A stretch of 44,187 nucleotides of DNA from a bacterium (GCA_029098125.1 JAQXNS010000135.1:1-44187); one strand, 5' to 3'. Shown: positions 1 to 9,268, counted from the stretch's first letter. Translations and numbers: made by a program. Notes: generated by a model from the sequence alone, not told the origin.

Positions 1-254
1 GAAGATAAATATGATGATGTTTTAGAAGTGAATTCATTTAATACTTTTTCATTACTTGATCCATAAATTTTAACTTCAACCATCATTAATGGATCGCTGC
101 TGCCTCTAAAGTACATATTTTTATTGTCTTCAATATCAACCATTAACCATGTTTCACTTTTTCCTGGAAGTATTGATATTAATTTTCCTAATTCTTCTTT
201 TATTACATCTTTATTTTCGATATTAATATTTGTTTTTACATTAATAAATGGCAT
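1..254 (-). CDS. MIF/phenylpyruvate tautomerase superfamily protein (partial, runs off the left edge)
   Basis: Not in the ORF track. ATG at 254 with GGAGG RBS. Manual translation MPFINVKTNINIENKDVIKEELGKLISILPGKSETWLMVDIEDNKNMYFRGSSDPLMMVEVKIYGSSNEKVLNEFTSKTSSYLS; Pro after Met and a PGKSE.W.MV pattern typical of MIF-like proteins. Confidence 0.8.
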   Translation of the reverse strand, partial: MPFINVKTNINIENKDVIKEELGKLISILPGKSETWLMVDIEDNKNMYFRGSSDPLMMVEVKIYGSSNEKVLNEFTSKTSSYLS

Positions 255-257
255 AAA

Positions 258-950
258 TTACCTCCTACTCTTATAAATTCTTACGTTATTATTCTTATGA
301 ATTCTTATAGAATTAACAGTAATTACTGAAATTAAAACAATAAATATTATTGATAAGATTATAATTCCATAACTTAAAAATACTTCCATTGGTAATGCAT
401 TTATAATTGGATCTGTTTTTGGATCAAAAACCCAATTGGTTTTTCCTGGAAATAAAATACTATGGAAAAATTTAAAAGCACTATCAACATCAATTAAAGC
501 AAAAATAGCAAATGCTCCAAGAAGAATTATCGGAACAAAACTTGCTAAAAATAATGGTGAAGCAGAAAATGGGTGATAAATTTTTATTTTTCCTTTTCCC
601 ATTAATAATAGATATATAAAAAATAAAGGAAGCGAAATAGCAAACACCACTAAATCTAAAGTAAATAATATTCTACAATCTAAAAAATGATTCATTCCTG
701 ATTCACTAAAAGCAAAAACACCTTCACTAAATGGTTCTTTATAAAATACTAAACAGCTCATCAGTTCATTAAACGAAAAGATCAAATCAGATTTACTCAC
801 GCCAGTTAAATTAGTGATATTAAATAAATCAATCATCAAATAATAAAGTGGCCAACATAAAAGGACAAAACCAATCGAAAAAGATACTAAAAGTAAAATA
901 AATAATAAAGAATAAATGATTGTATTTGTTGTTTTAAGTACTTTTTTCAT
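258..950 (-). CDS. DUF1461/TIGR01906 membrane protein, lipoprotein intramolecular transacylase (Lit)-like
   Basis: Four hydrophobic segments; HFLDC and FHSILF...NWVFDP..DPIINALP motifs. Start moved to ATG 950 (GAGG RBS, just after the trxB stop). Confidence 0.75.
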   Translation of the reverse strand: MKKVLKTTNTIIYSLLFILLLVSFSIGFVLLCWPLYYLMIDLFNITNLTGVSKSDLIFSFNELMSCLVFYKEPFSEGVFAFSESGMNHFLDCRILFTLDLVVFAISLPLFFIYLLLMGKGKIKIYHPFSASPLFLASFVPIILLGAFAIFALIDVDSAFKFFHSILFPGKTNWVFDPKTDPIINALPMEVFLSYGIIILSIIFIVLISVITVNSIRIHKNNNVRIYKSRR

Positions 951-951
951 C

Positions 952-1854
952 TTAATCCTCGATAAAATGTAAAGCTGTTGCAGCATCTCCAACGGCACTT
1001 GCAATTTGTCTACATTCTTTATCAATGCAATCACCAATTGCAAATAAGCCTTTAACTGAAGTTTCAAATCTCTTATCAACTTCAATAAATCCTCTTGAAT
1101 TCAAAACGTTTAATTCTTTAACAAATGATGTAGGAGGAACTTGTCCAACATAAACAAAAATTCCATCAACTTTTAAAGTGCTAATTTCTTCGCTATTTGT
1201 GTCTTTTAAGATTACTTCTTGGATCGATTTATCTCCAATTAATTCTTTAATTTGTTTAAATTCAATAATTTCGACATTATTAAATTTCTTAATTTTGTCT
1301 ATTTCTTTTTTATCGCCTTTTAATTCATGGCGTGTAATTAAATATACTTTATTAACAATATTTGCTAGATACATAGCTTCTGTTAAAGCGCTATTTCCAC
1401 CACCAACAACAAGGACATCTTTATTTTTATAAAAAGCGCCATCACAAGTTGCACAAAAAGAAACGCCATGACCATAGAACTTTTCTTCGTTAGCAACATT
1501 TAAATTTCTAGCCTTTGTTCCAACAGCAATAAGGACTTTTTTAGCAAAATATGAAGAATATTCGCCTTTTACTTCAAAAATATCACCATTTTTGGACACA
1601 TTAGTGATTTCTTCATATTCTACTTCGATATCAAAATCCATTAATTCATTCATGAAATTCATTGCTAGGTCACTACCAACAATTTTTCCAACGCCTGGAT
1701 AATTTTCAATCTCAAAAGCATTAACAACGTTTCCGCCAACGCAGCTTTTTTCAAAAATTTTAAAATTTAAACCTGCTCTTTTTGCATAAATTGCAGCCGT
1801 AACTCCACCAGGTCCAGCGCCAATAATTGCTAAATCTAAAACATTATCCATCAT
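952..1854 (-). CDS. trxB: Thioredoxin-disulfide reductase
   Basis: GAGPGG FAD motif, CATCD redox motif, GGGNSA, GLFAIGD; AGGAG RBS before ATG 1854/1851. Confidence 0.92.
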   Translation of the reverse strand: MMDNVLDLAIIGAGPGGVTAAIYAKRAGLNFKIFEKSCVGGNVVNAFEIENYPGVGKIVGSDLAMNFMNELMDFDIEVEYEEITNVSKNGDIFEVKGEYSSYFAKKVLIAVGTKARNLNVANEEKFYGHGVSFCATCDGAFYKNKDVLVVGGGNSALTEAMYLANIVNKVYLITRHELKGDKKEIDKIKKFNNVEIIEFKQIKELIGDKSIQEVILKDTNSEEISTLKVDGIFVYVGQVPPTSFVKELNVLNSRGFIEVDKRFETSVKGLFAIGDCIDKECRQIASAVGDAATALHFIED

Positions 1855-1883
1855 CGTTCTCCTATAAAAAAACACCTAATTAA

Positions 1884-2381
1884 TTAGATGTTTAAATTTT
1901 CTGCTAGTATTGTTTCTACATCATTATATGGGAGATTAAGTCCTAAAGAAAACTCTATAAATAAATTTCTTTTAATTTCTTTTAAAAAGTTTTCATCAGT
2001 AAATGATAAAGACTTCTTATCATTTAAAAATTCTTTTCTTTTTACTTCAAAAGATTTAATCAAAATAAGAATATTAATAGGATCTCCACTATCATATAAT
2101 TCTTTAAATTGCACTCTTCTTAACTTTGGATTTTGAAACCAAATTGGTTTTATTTCAGAAAGTCTAGAAATAATATCTTCAATTTCTTCTCTACAAAGAG
2201 CTTTTCTTAAATAATTACTATTTTCAATCGGTATATAAAACTTGAGTGAATTATTTTTATCATAGCAAGGTTCTAATACAAAATAGTCTTTAACGCCAAC
2301 ACCAACATCCATTTTTGTTATGTCAGTAATCTTGCATACTTGACCTTTTTTATTTACAACAATATCATTTAAATTAAACAT
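1884..2381 (-). CDS. CarD/TRCF-RID family transcriptional regulator-like protein
   Basis: MFNLNDIVV..GQVCKI..I, YFVLEP, IP..N..LR pattern; GAGGT RBS before ATG 2381. Confidence 0.7.
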   Translation of the reverse strand: MFNLNDIVVNKKGQVCKITDITKMDVGVGVKDYFVLEPCYDKNNSLKFYIPIENSNYLRKALCREEIEDIISRLSEIKPIWFQNPKLRRVQFKELYDSGDPINILILIKSFEVKRKEFLNDKKSLSFTDENFLKEIKRNLFIEFSLGLNLPYNDVETILAENLNI

Positions 2382-2411
2382 TTTATACCTCAAGTTTTTC
2401 AACTGATGTTT

Positions 2412-2420
2412 ATTATATCA
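2412..2420 (-). promoter_or_regulatory. Extended -10 promoter (TGaTATAAT) for the carD-like/trxB/lit-like/MIF gene run
   Basis: TGATATAAT on the minus strand about 30 nt upstream of the start codon. Confidence 0.6.
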
Positions 2421-2644
2421 TGATTTGAGATTTATTGTAAGTTTTAAACCTTGGCAAATAAATTATTAATGTTAAATTCACTAACCTATTTTTTAAATTA
2501 TTTAGCTATTATCTTATAAATAATATAAAAATTTCAAAAAAATAGTTGCGCGAAGTAAGTTTTCTATGTTAATATTATTGAGCGCTCGAAAGAAGCGTTA
2601 GTGATATTGTATCCTTAAGCATAAGCTTAAGAGTTACTCGAGGT

Positions 2645-2720
2645 GGACCAGTGGTGTAGCGGTTAACATGCCACTCTGTCACAGTGGAGATTGCGAGTTC
2701 GATTCTCGTCTGGTCCGCCA
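2645..2720 (+). tRNA. tRNA-Asp(GTC)
   Basis: Acceptor stem GGACCAG/CTGGTCC, anticodon arm CCACT-CTGTCAC-AGTGG, GTTCGA T-loop, encoded CCA. Confidence 0.96.
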
Positions 2721-2734
2721 TTTTTTTATATAAT

Positions 2735-2810
2735 GGCCCGATAGCTCAACAGGTAGAGCAAAGGACTGAAAATCCTTGTGTTCCCAGTTCGACCCTGGGT
2801 TGGGCCACCA
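2735..2810 (+). tRNA. tRNA-Phe(GAA)
   Basis: Acceptor stem GGCCCGA/TTGGGCC, anticodon arm AAGGA-CTGAAAA-TCCTT, GTTCGA T-loop, encoded CCA. Confidence 0.96.
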
Positions 2811-2822
2811 TTTCTGAAGATA

Positions 2823-2848
2823 GACGCAATAATTAATTGCGTTTTTTT
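2823..2848 (+). terminator. Intrinsic terminator after the tRNA pair
   Basis: GACGCAAT-aatta-ATTGCGTT hairpin followed by a T run. Confidence 0.8.
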
Positions 2849-3279
2849 CTTGGTTTTTAACTTCTTCCGTTGCAAAGTAAGCGTAAAAAATTTTCAGAAT
2901 CGACAAAAAAGTTCGAACTTGTTTTGACGCATACGTCGCAAAACATACCTCAAAAATTAAAACTAGCTCAAAAATAAATGAAAATACACATAAATCTTAT
3001 TCATTTTTTATATCTATTCGCCAAATAACGTCAGGTGAGGATTGAACTCGCATTATATTTTCTTTTATTTTATTCGAACAAAATGCGAAAAAAGAAGAGA
3101 CAAAAGCATCTCTTCCTTATTCATAAACATCTAATAAAAATAATTTCAAATACGAATGAAAAGCAACGATTTTTATTTGTTAATTTTTATGTGCTAATCC
3201 TCTATTTGATACCAGGCGACACTTAATTGTAACCAGGTTTTTAAGTGTAATTTTTGAACCAAAATCTTCAAAATATCTC

Positions 3280-3294
3280 AAAAACCCTGCAGAA
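3280..3294 (+). repeat. Dispersed 15-bp motif AAAAACCCTGCAGAA, copy 1 (intergenic)
   Basis: Exact match; 3276-3309 is identical over 34 bp to the reverse complement of 23138-23171. Confidence 0.95.
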
Positions 3295-3326
3295 CTCAAC
3301 TATTTTTGTAAAAATTGAATTTTTTC

Positions 3327-4280
3327 TTAGAATTCAAAATCTTTGTTGTGGAACTTTTCTTTTTCAAGATCCATGTCATCAGCAAGAGTTAAAGGAAGCT
3401 TTAATTCTGATGCATATTTGTTGATTTGTTCTTGATCAAGTTTCTTAAATAAACTAATTTTTGTCTTAGAAGTAAAATTGTTCATGAAAAGAAACAACTT
3501 ATTCTCTTTTAAAATGACAATTAATCTTGAAGAAATATCATCATCAAATTTCATCAAATTTAATTGAACTTGAGGTGTTATAACAAAGAACGCGAAAGCA
3601 GGATCATCACAAAAAACACTAAACCTTTTATTAAAATCCATAGATTCAAATTCAATAGCAGATTTCTTATTAGGTAATCTAAATGCTTCACCACCATTAT
3701 TTTTTTCCATAATTAATAAATAATGGTTAAACTTTCTTGGATATGTGAAAACATAAAATTTTCCTGGATTATGGTTTTCTGTACGATGTCTATTACCATC
3801 TTTGTCAGTATAATAATGATAAAAAATCAAATCATAATCTGCACCAACAAAAGTTAATCCTTCATTACTTGAACAAAAATAATTACTTGTTTTATATTCA
3901 TCTGGTCTATTCAAAATCTCAGATTGATTTAAAACTTCAAAAGAAAGACCTTTTGAGTAATCATAGCTATACCCTTCTTTGAAAAACATATTTAAAAAAT
4001 AATCTTTAAATTTTTCATTAATTTTTCGTTTAAATCTTGAATTAAAAAATGATTTAAAGACAAAAATAAACGTTATTCCAAGAATTATAAAGGCAAAACT
4101 TAATGCAAAGATTGTTTTGTAATCTTCAAAATCTTCGCTATACCATCCAAAAAAAGGCGTAGCAAATAAGAATAATCCAACAAATGCCACAGCAGAAGAA
4201 ATGCCCATTGCAATTAGGGCATTTTTTCTTATCTTTAATCTGTAAGCTTCTAAATTTTCAATTTCTTTTTCGTTATTCAT
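3327..4280 (-). CDS. DUF3137-like membrane protein (LemA-associated)
   Basis: Two N-terminal TM segments; ESMDFNKRFSVFCDD..AF..ITP motif; directly downstream of lemA. Confidence 0.7.
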   Translation of the reverse strand: MNNEKEIENLEAYRLKIRKNALIAMGISSAVAFVGLFLFATPFFGWYSEDFEDYKTIFALSFAFIILGITFIFVFKSFFNSRFKRKINEKFKDYFLNMFFKEGYSYDYSKGLSFEVLNQSEILNRPDEYKTSNYFCSSNEGLTFVGADYDLIFYHYYTDKDGNRHRTENHNPGKFYVFTYPRKFNHYLLIMEKNNGGEAFRLPNKKSAIEFESMDFNKRFSVFCDDPAFAFFVITPQVQLNLMKFDDDISSRLIVILKENKLFLFMNNFTSKTKISLFKKLDQEQINKYASELKLPLTLADDMDLEKEKFHNKDFEF

Positions 4281-4285
4281 TTAAA

Positions 4286-4870
4286 TTAGAATTCGAACTT
4301 AACGTCTTCACGTTTTTCTTCATCTGCTCTGAAGAAATCTTTATTTTCTGAGAAACCGATACGATTTGCAACAAATGAAGATGGGAAAGTAACTCTTCTT
4401 TGATTAAATGTTGAAACGTTTTGGTTGTAAACTCTACGTGCAGCTTGAAGTTGTTCTTCACAATCAGAAGTTCTTGCTTGAAGTGTTGAGAATTGAGAAT
4501 CAGCTTTTAATTGAGGATATTGTTCTAAAACAACATTAATTCCCCTTTGAACTTGATTGAGACTTGTGTTAAGTTGACTCTTTTCTTCGAGCGATAAATT
4601 GCTAATTCCTTGATTTGGATTTCTCATAGCAATTACTTTTTCTAATGTTTCAGATTCATGTTTTGCATAACCTTTAACAGTAGCGAGTAATTTTGTTAAT
4701 AAATCAAATCTTTTTGTTAATGCGACATCAATTCCGCTGTTTGCTTCATCAATTTTAACAGCTGCTCTTCTAAACCAGTTAGATGTTGAAATCCACCAAG
4801 CAACAATTGAAATAATAATGATTACAACAATTGCAATAATAACTAATGCAATAATTAATCCATCAGACAT
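4286..4870 (-). CDS. lemA: LemA family protein
   Basis: N-terminal TM segment; IDVALTKRFDL, VKGYAKHE, EQYPQLKA, AARRVYN, FPS motifs. Confidence 0.92.
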   Translation of the reverse strand: MSDGLIIALVIIAIVVIIIISIVAWWISTSNWFRRAAVKIDEANSGIDVALTKRFDLLTKLLATVKGYAKHESETLEKVIAMRNPNQGISNLSLEEKSQLNTSLNQVQRGINVVLEQYPQLKADSQFSTLQARTSDCEEQLQAARRVYNQNVSTFNQRRVTFPSSFVANRIGFSENKDFFRADEEKREDVKFEF

Positions 4871-5214
4871 ATTTTTTCCTCCATAACGTTAAATATTTTA
4901 ATATATTCAACAAAAGTTAAAAAGAAAATATTTAATAAACGAGCGAAAAAACACTACATTTTCATCATCAATTAAAATAAAAATGCAAGAATAAATTAAA
5001 AACTTCAAAAAATTCGAATTAATTCGTTATTTTTTAACAATTGGATTGAATAATGTGTCCAGAATTTGAGCAATATTAAAAGTGATTTAAATGAAGTAGT
5101 AGTTAAATAGTAGATTTCTAGTGGAAGATGTCGTGAACCCCAAATGTTGGACACGTTTGAAGCTTTATATATGCATCCATAAAGCTATACATGTTATAAA
5201 CAGGAGGGATTTCG

Positions 5215-5730
5215 ATGGCGAGTTACACACAAGATCAGAAAAGAGAAATTATTAAATGGAGAATTGAAAAAGGACTATCAACTATTAAACTTTCAAAAAA
5301 ATTTGGAATGAATGTTGAATCAGTTAGACAATTAATTCACAGGTATGAATTGCATGGTGAAAAAGCAATTACTCAAACATACATGGATTATAAGGTAGAA
5401 GATATTATCAAAATAATTTCAGAAGTTTACGAAGGCTCATCAAAAGTGGCAGTTGCAATTAAATATAATACTGTACCTGGTAGAATCAATAAACGGATTA
5501 AAATGTATGGTAAAAATGTTTATAATTGTCCTAAAGAAAGAAATAAAGAAAGGACAAAATCCGCCATGAGTAATCCCAAAAAAGTACTGCTAACTGATTC
5601 TGATAAAGACCTTGAAATTAAAAAATTAAAGGAAGAAAAATTAGAATTAGAAGCTGAGGTAGAAGCCTTAAAAAAATTGAGAGCCTTGGTTCTACAAAGA
5701 AATGCGCGACAACTAAAGAAAAAACAATAG
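5215..5730 (+). CDS. IS3-family transposase OrfA (HTH plus leucine zipper)
   Basis: GGAGG RBS; two HTH-like repeats; C-terminal coiled coil ending LEAEVEALKKL. Confidence 0.88.
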   Translation: MASYTQDQKREIIKWRIEKGLSTIKLSKKFGMNVESVRQLIHRYELHGEKAITQTYMDYKVEDIIKIISEVYEGSSKVAVAIKYNTVPGRINKRIKMYGKNVYNCPKERNKERTKSAMSNPKKVLLTDSDKDLEIKKLKEEKLELEAEVEALKKLRALVLQRNARQLKKKQ

Positions 5731-6611
5731 TTGTAAAAGAGCTAAGGTCAAAATATGGATTGCGCATCATGTTGAAGGTGTTGGATCTCAAAAAGTCAAC
5801 TTATTACTATACCCTTAAAACATTAGAATTTGATAAAAATAGTGAACTTATGCAGCTTATTTTGGAAATTTTTACAGAAAATAAGGCTAGATATGGTTAT
5901 AGAAGAATTACTCTTGAACTTAAAAATAGGGATAAGCTTGTTAACCATAAAAAAGTAAAACGTTTAATGAAAAAAATGGGTTTATACGGAATTACACCAA
6001 AAGTAAAATATAAATCTTATAAAGGTGACATGAACGGTACTACTAAAAATCTTCTTCTTGATAAAGTTGTTGATGAAACAAATCATACCACCAAATTTGT
6101 CCAAAATTTCTCTACAACATCTTGTAATCAAAAATGGACAACAGATGTTTCTGAGTTTAAAATCAGTTCTGGAAAGCTTTATCTTTCACCGATTCTAGAT
6201 ATGCATAACGATGAAATTGTTTCATATGACATTTCAATAACACCAGATTTTAATCAAATAAAAAGAATGTTAGCTGGTGCTTTTGAAAAGTATGATTCGT
6301 TAAGTGGATTGATATTCCATAGTGATCAAGGTTGGCAATATCAAATGAGAGATTATAAAATTGCGCTTCAAGGTAAAGGGGTTATTCAATCAATGAGTAG
6401 AAAAGGAAATTGTTGTGATAATGGCATTATGGAACAATTTTTTGGAAAAATGAAAAATGAAATGTTCTATGGCCATGAAAAAGAATTTACTTCCCTAAAA
6501 CAATTGTCTGAAACAATGAAAGAATATATAAAATATTACAACGAAAAAAGAATAACAATAAAACTAAAAGGACTTACACCTTGTGAAGCGAGGGCGCGTG
6601 CGTTATTATGA
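5670..6611 (+). CDS. IS3-family transposase OrfB (DDE), reached by -1 frameshift
   Basis: A7 slippery run at 5670-5676; the -1 frame is open from there into the track ORF 5760-6611; YGYRRI, WTTDVSE, FHSDQGWQY, SRKGNC.DN..E motifs. Confidence 0.88.
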   Translation, partial: KKIESLGSTKKCATTKEKTIVVKELRSKYGLRIMLKVLDLKKSTYYYTLKTLEFDKNSELMQLILEIFTENKARYGYRRITLELKNRDKLVNHKKVKRLMKKMGLYGITPKVKYKSYKGDMNGTTKNLLLDKVVDETNHTTKFVQNFSTTSCNQKWTTDVSEFKISSGKLYLSPILDMHNDEIVSYDISITPDFNQIKRMLAGAFEKYDSLSGLIFHSDQGWQYQMRDYKIALQGKGVIQSMSRKGNCCDNGIMEQFFGKMKNEMFYGHEKEFTSLKQLSETMKEYIKYYNEKRITIKLKGLTPCEARARALL

Positions 6612-6788
6612 GGGTGATAATTTATTTGTCCAAGAAAATGGGTTCACCACAAGACTAGTAGGTTTCTAGTACATTTCAAGTAGGTTTTTTACCAAAGAAT
6701 ACAAAAAATTGGACACTTTATGCAAAAAGCATCAATCATTTTTGTAAAAAATTGAATTTTAAGTTCAATAAATGCCACTAAATACTAA

Positions 6789-6814
6789 GAAAAAGGAGGC
6801 ACCACACCTCCTTT
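6789..6814 (-). terminator. Intrinsic terminator after glgP
   Basis: AAAGGAGG-caccaca-CCTCCTTT hairpin with an A run on the left (U tail on the minus strand). Confidence 0.75.
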
Positions 6815-6833
6815 AAATTAGTTAGTTGAATAA

Positions 6834-9248
6834 TTATTTTTTAAATTCGATTTTGTTTAAATGCCAAATGTCTTTATTGTATTGCTCAATTGTTCTATCG
6901 CTTGAGAAATATCCACTCTTTGCGATATTGACTAAGCAACTCTTTGTCCAAGCATCTCTGTTTTTATAATGTTCTTCAATCTTTTTGGATTCTTTAACAT
7001 AAGCATCAAAATCAAGTAAGATGTAGTATTCATCATTGTGATTCATGATTTCATCAAAGATTGCTCTAAATCTATCGTTGATTCCTTCGCACCATGGACC
7101 ATTGAATAATGAATCTAAAATTCTTCTAATTCTTGGGTTTTGGTTGTATAAATCCCAAGGATTGTAGACACCAGTATTTTTAATTGATTCAATATCTTTG
7201 ACTTTTAATCCAAATATGAAGCTATGATCATCTCCAACTCTTTCATGAATTTCAACGTTTGCACCATCTAATGTTCCAAGAGTTAAAGCACCATTCATCA
7301 TAAATTTCATATTTGATGTACCGCTTGCTTCTTTTCCAGCTGTAGAAATTTGTTCACTAATATCTGATGCAGGAATGATCAATTCAGCTAATGAAACACC
7401 ATAGTTTTCCATAAATACAATTTTCATATATTTATTTACTTCTGGATCGTTGTTAACAACATTTGCAACTGCATTGATTAAATTAATAATTTCTTTTGCA
7501 AAATAATAACTTGGTGCTGCTTTTGCTCCAAAAATAAATGTATGTGGAACCATTGTGAAATCTGGATTGTTTTTGATCTCAAAATAGTAATGAATGATTC
7601 TAAATACATTCAATAATTGACGTTTATAAGCGTGTAACCTCTTGATTTGTGTATCAATAATTGAGTGTGTATCAATTTCAATTCCGTAATTCTTTGCAAT
7701 GAAATCATGTAATCTAATTTTATTATTATGTTTAACTTTTCTTAATGCATTAAGTGTTTTATCATCGTCAACATAAGCTAATAATTTTTCTAAATCATCA
7801 GGGTTTCTAATCCAAGAATCACCGATTTTTGAAGTAATTAAATCTGATAATTCAGTATTTGAGTACATGAGCCATCTTCTATGAGTGACACCATTTGTTT
7901 TATTGTTAAATTTGTTAGGGAAATATTTATAGAAGTCTTTGAAAGTTTCTCTTTTTAAGATGTCTGTATGTAAAGCAGCGACGCCATTTACGCTAAAACA
8001 TGTGAAAATAGCTAAATTTGTCATTCTAATCATGCCATCTTTGATGATTTGCATATTATACATTTCACTTTCAGAGACATTATTTTGGTGCATCCAAATC
8101 AAACTTCTTCTGTTAATTTCTTCAATAATCATGAAACATCTAGGAATTAAATTTTGGATATATTGAATTGGCCATTTTTCTAATGCTTCAGGCATAATTG
8201 TGTGGTTTGTATATGCAATACATTTTGTTGCTTGTTCCCAAGCTTCATCCCAGCCAAATCCATGTTCATCCATTAAAATTCTCATTAATTCAGGAATTGC
8301 AAGAATTGGATGTGTATCGTTTAATTGGAAAACATAATGTTCATGGAATTTGTGTAAATCTCCACCAGTTCTTAAATATCCTCTAATAGCGCTTTGTAAA
8401 CCAGCACTAACGAAGAAATATTGTTGTCTTAAACGTAAGATTTTACCATGTTCAGTTGTATCATCTGGGTATAAACCATGGCAAAGTTCGTTAATTTGGT
8501 CTAAATAATCATTAAATGAGATGTTTGTTGGTAAATTTTCTTGGCTTGGTTGAGCTTTCCAAAGTCTTAAATTATTTGCAACGCCATTTTTATATCCAAC
8601 AATTGGGACATCGTATGGGCAAGCAGTAATTTTTGTTGCATTAACAGTTCTAATTGCGTATTCACCATTTGGTTTTAAGAAAGTTTCAGCATTTCCATAA
8701 AAACTAACTTCGACTGAATGTTTTGGTTTTCTAACTTCCCAAACATAACCGTTTTGTAACCATTGATCTGGAAGTTCGATTTGTTTTTCATTAACAATTT
8801 TTTGTTTGAAAAATCCATATTCATATCTGATACAGTTTCCATGACCTGGATATCCAAGTGAGGCAATAGAATCTAAAAAGCATGCAGCAAGACGTCCAAG
8901 ACCACCATTACCAAGTCCAGCGTCGGCTTCCATATCTTCTAATTCTCCAATATCGATGCCAAGTTCACTTAAACCATTTTTGCATAAATCATAAATTCCT
9001 AAATTCATCATATTATTTGTTAATAAACGACCAATTAAGAATTCCATTGAAAAGTAAATTAATTGTTTTTCATTATTTTCTAGAACGTATTCTCTTGATT
9101 GACGCCAATTATAATTAGCGTAATCTCTGACAAGTTCGCCTAAAATATCATATTTTTCATAAATATGAGCATCTTTTGGATCACGTCCATATTTTTCAAC
9201 CATACGTTCTGTATATTGTTGAACAAATTCTTTCTTATTCTTAAACAT
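6834..9248 (-). CDS. glgP: Glycogen/maltodextrin phosphorylase
   Basis: GLGNGGLGRLAACF, QLNDTHP, KRLHAYKRQ, EASGTSNMK (PLP lysine). Confidence 0.95.
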   Translation of the reverse strand: MFKNKKEFVQQYTERMVEKYGRDPKDAHIYEKYDILGELVRDYANYNWRQSREYVLENNEKQLIYFSMEFLIGRLLTNNMMNLGIYDLCKNGLSELGIDIGELEDMEADAGLGNGGLGRLAACFLDSIASLGYPGHGNCIRYEYGFFKQKIVNEKQIELPDQWLQNGYVWEVRKPKHSVEVSFYGNAETFLKPNGEYAIRTVNATKITACPYDVPIVGYKNGVANNLRLWKAQPSQENLPTNISFNDYLDQINELCHGLYPDDTTEHGKILRLRQQYFFVSAGLQSAIRGYLRTGGDLHKFHEHYVFQLNDTHPILAIPELMRILMDEHGFGWDEAWEQATKCIAYTNHTIMPEALEKWPIQYIQNLIPRCFMIIEEINRRSLIWMHQNNVSESEMYNMQIIKDGMIRMTNLAIFTCFSVNGVAALHTDILKRETFKDFYKYFPNKFNNKTNGVTHRRWLMYSNTELSDLITSKIGDSWIRNPDDLEKLLAYVDDDKTLNALRKVKHNNKIRLHDFIAKNYGIEIDTHSIIDTQIKRLHAYKRQLLNVFRIIHYYFEIKNNPDFTMVPHTFIFGAKAAPSYYFAKEIINLINAVANVVNNDPEVNKYMKIVFMENYGVSLAELIIPASDISEQISTAGKEASGTSNMKFMMNGALTLGTLDGANVEIHERVGDDHSFIFGLKVKDIESIKNTGVYNPWDLYNQNPRIRRILDSLFNGPWCEGINDRFRAIFDEIMNHNDEYYILLDFDAYVKESKKIEEHYKNRDAWTKSCLVNIAKSGYFSSDRTIEQYNKDIWHLNKIEFKK

Positions 9249-9268
9249 TTTAACGAGTTCCTTTCTAA

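Larger units (their letters stand above)
5129..6651 (+). mobile_element. IS3-family (IS150-like) insertion sequence, 1523 bp
   Basis: TG...CA ends. IRL TGTCGTGAACCCCAAATGTTGGACA versus IRR (reverse complement) TGTGGTGAACCCATTTTCTTGGACA. 3-bp target duplication AGA at 5126-5128 and 6652-6654. orfA/orfB organisation. Confidence 0.93.

Noticed and set aside
951-1085. Long N-terminal extensions in the ORF track (258..1085, also 28669..29388 and 39207..41207)
   Set aside because: They overlap upstream genes or RBS sites; downstream ATGs have better SD sequences.
2679-2906. 75-aa minus-strand ORF
   Set aside because: Antisense shadow of the two tRNA genes.
3035-3226. 63-aa plus-strand ORF
   Set aside because: No RBS, low-complexity AT-rich translation, no recognisable motif.
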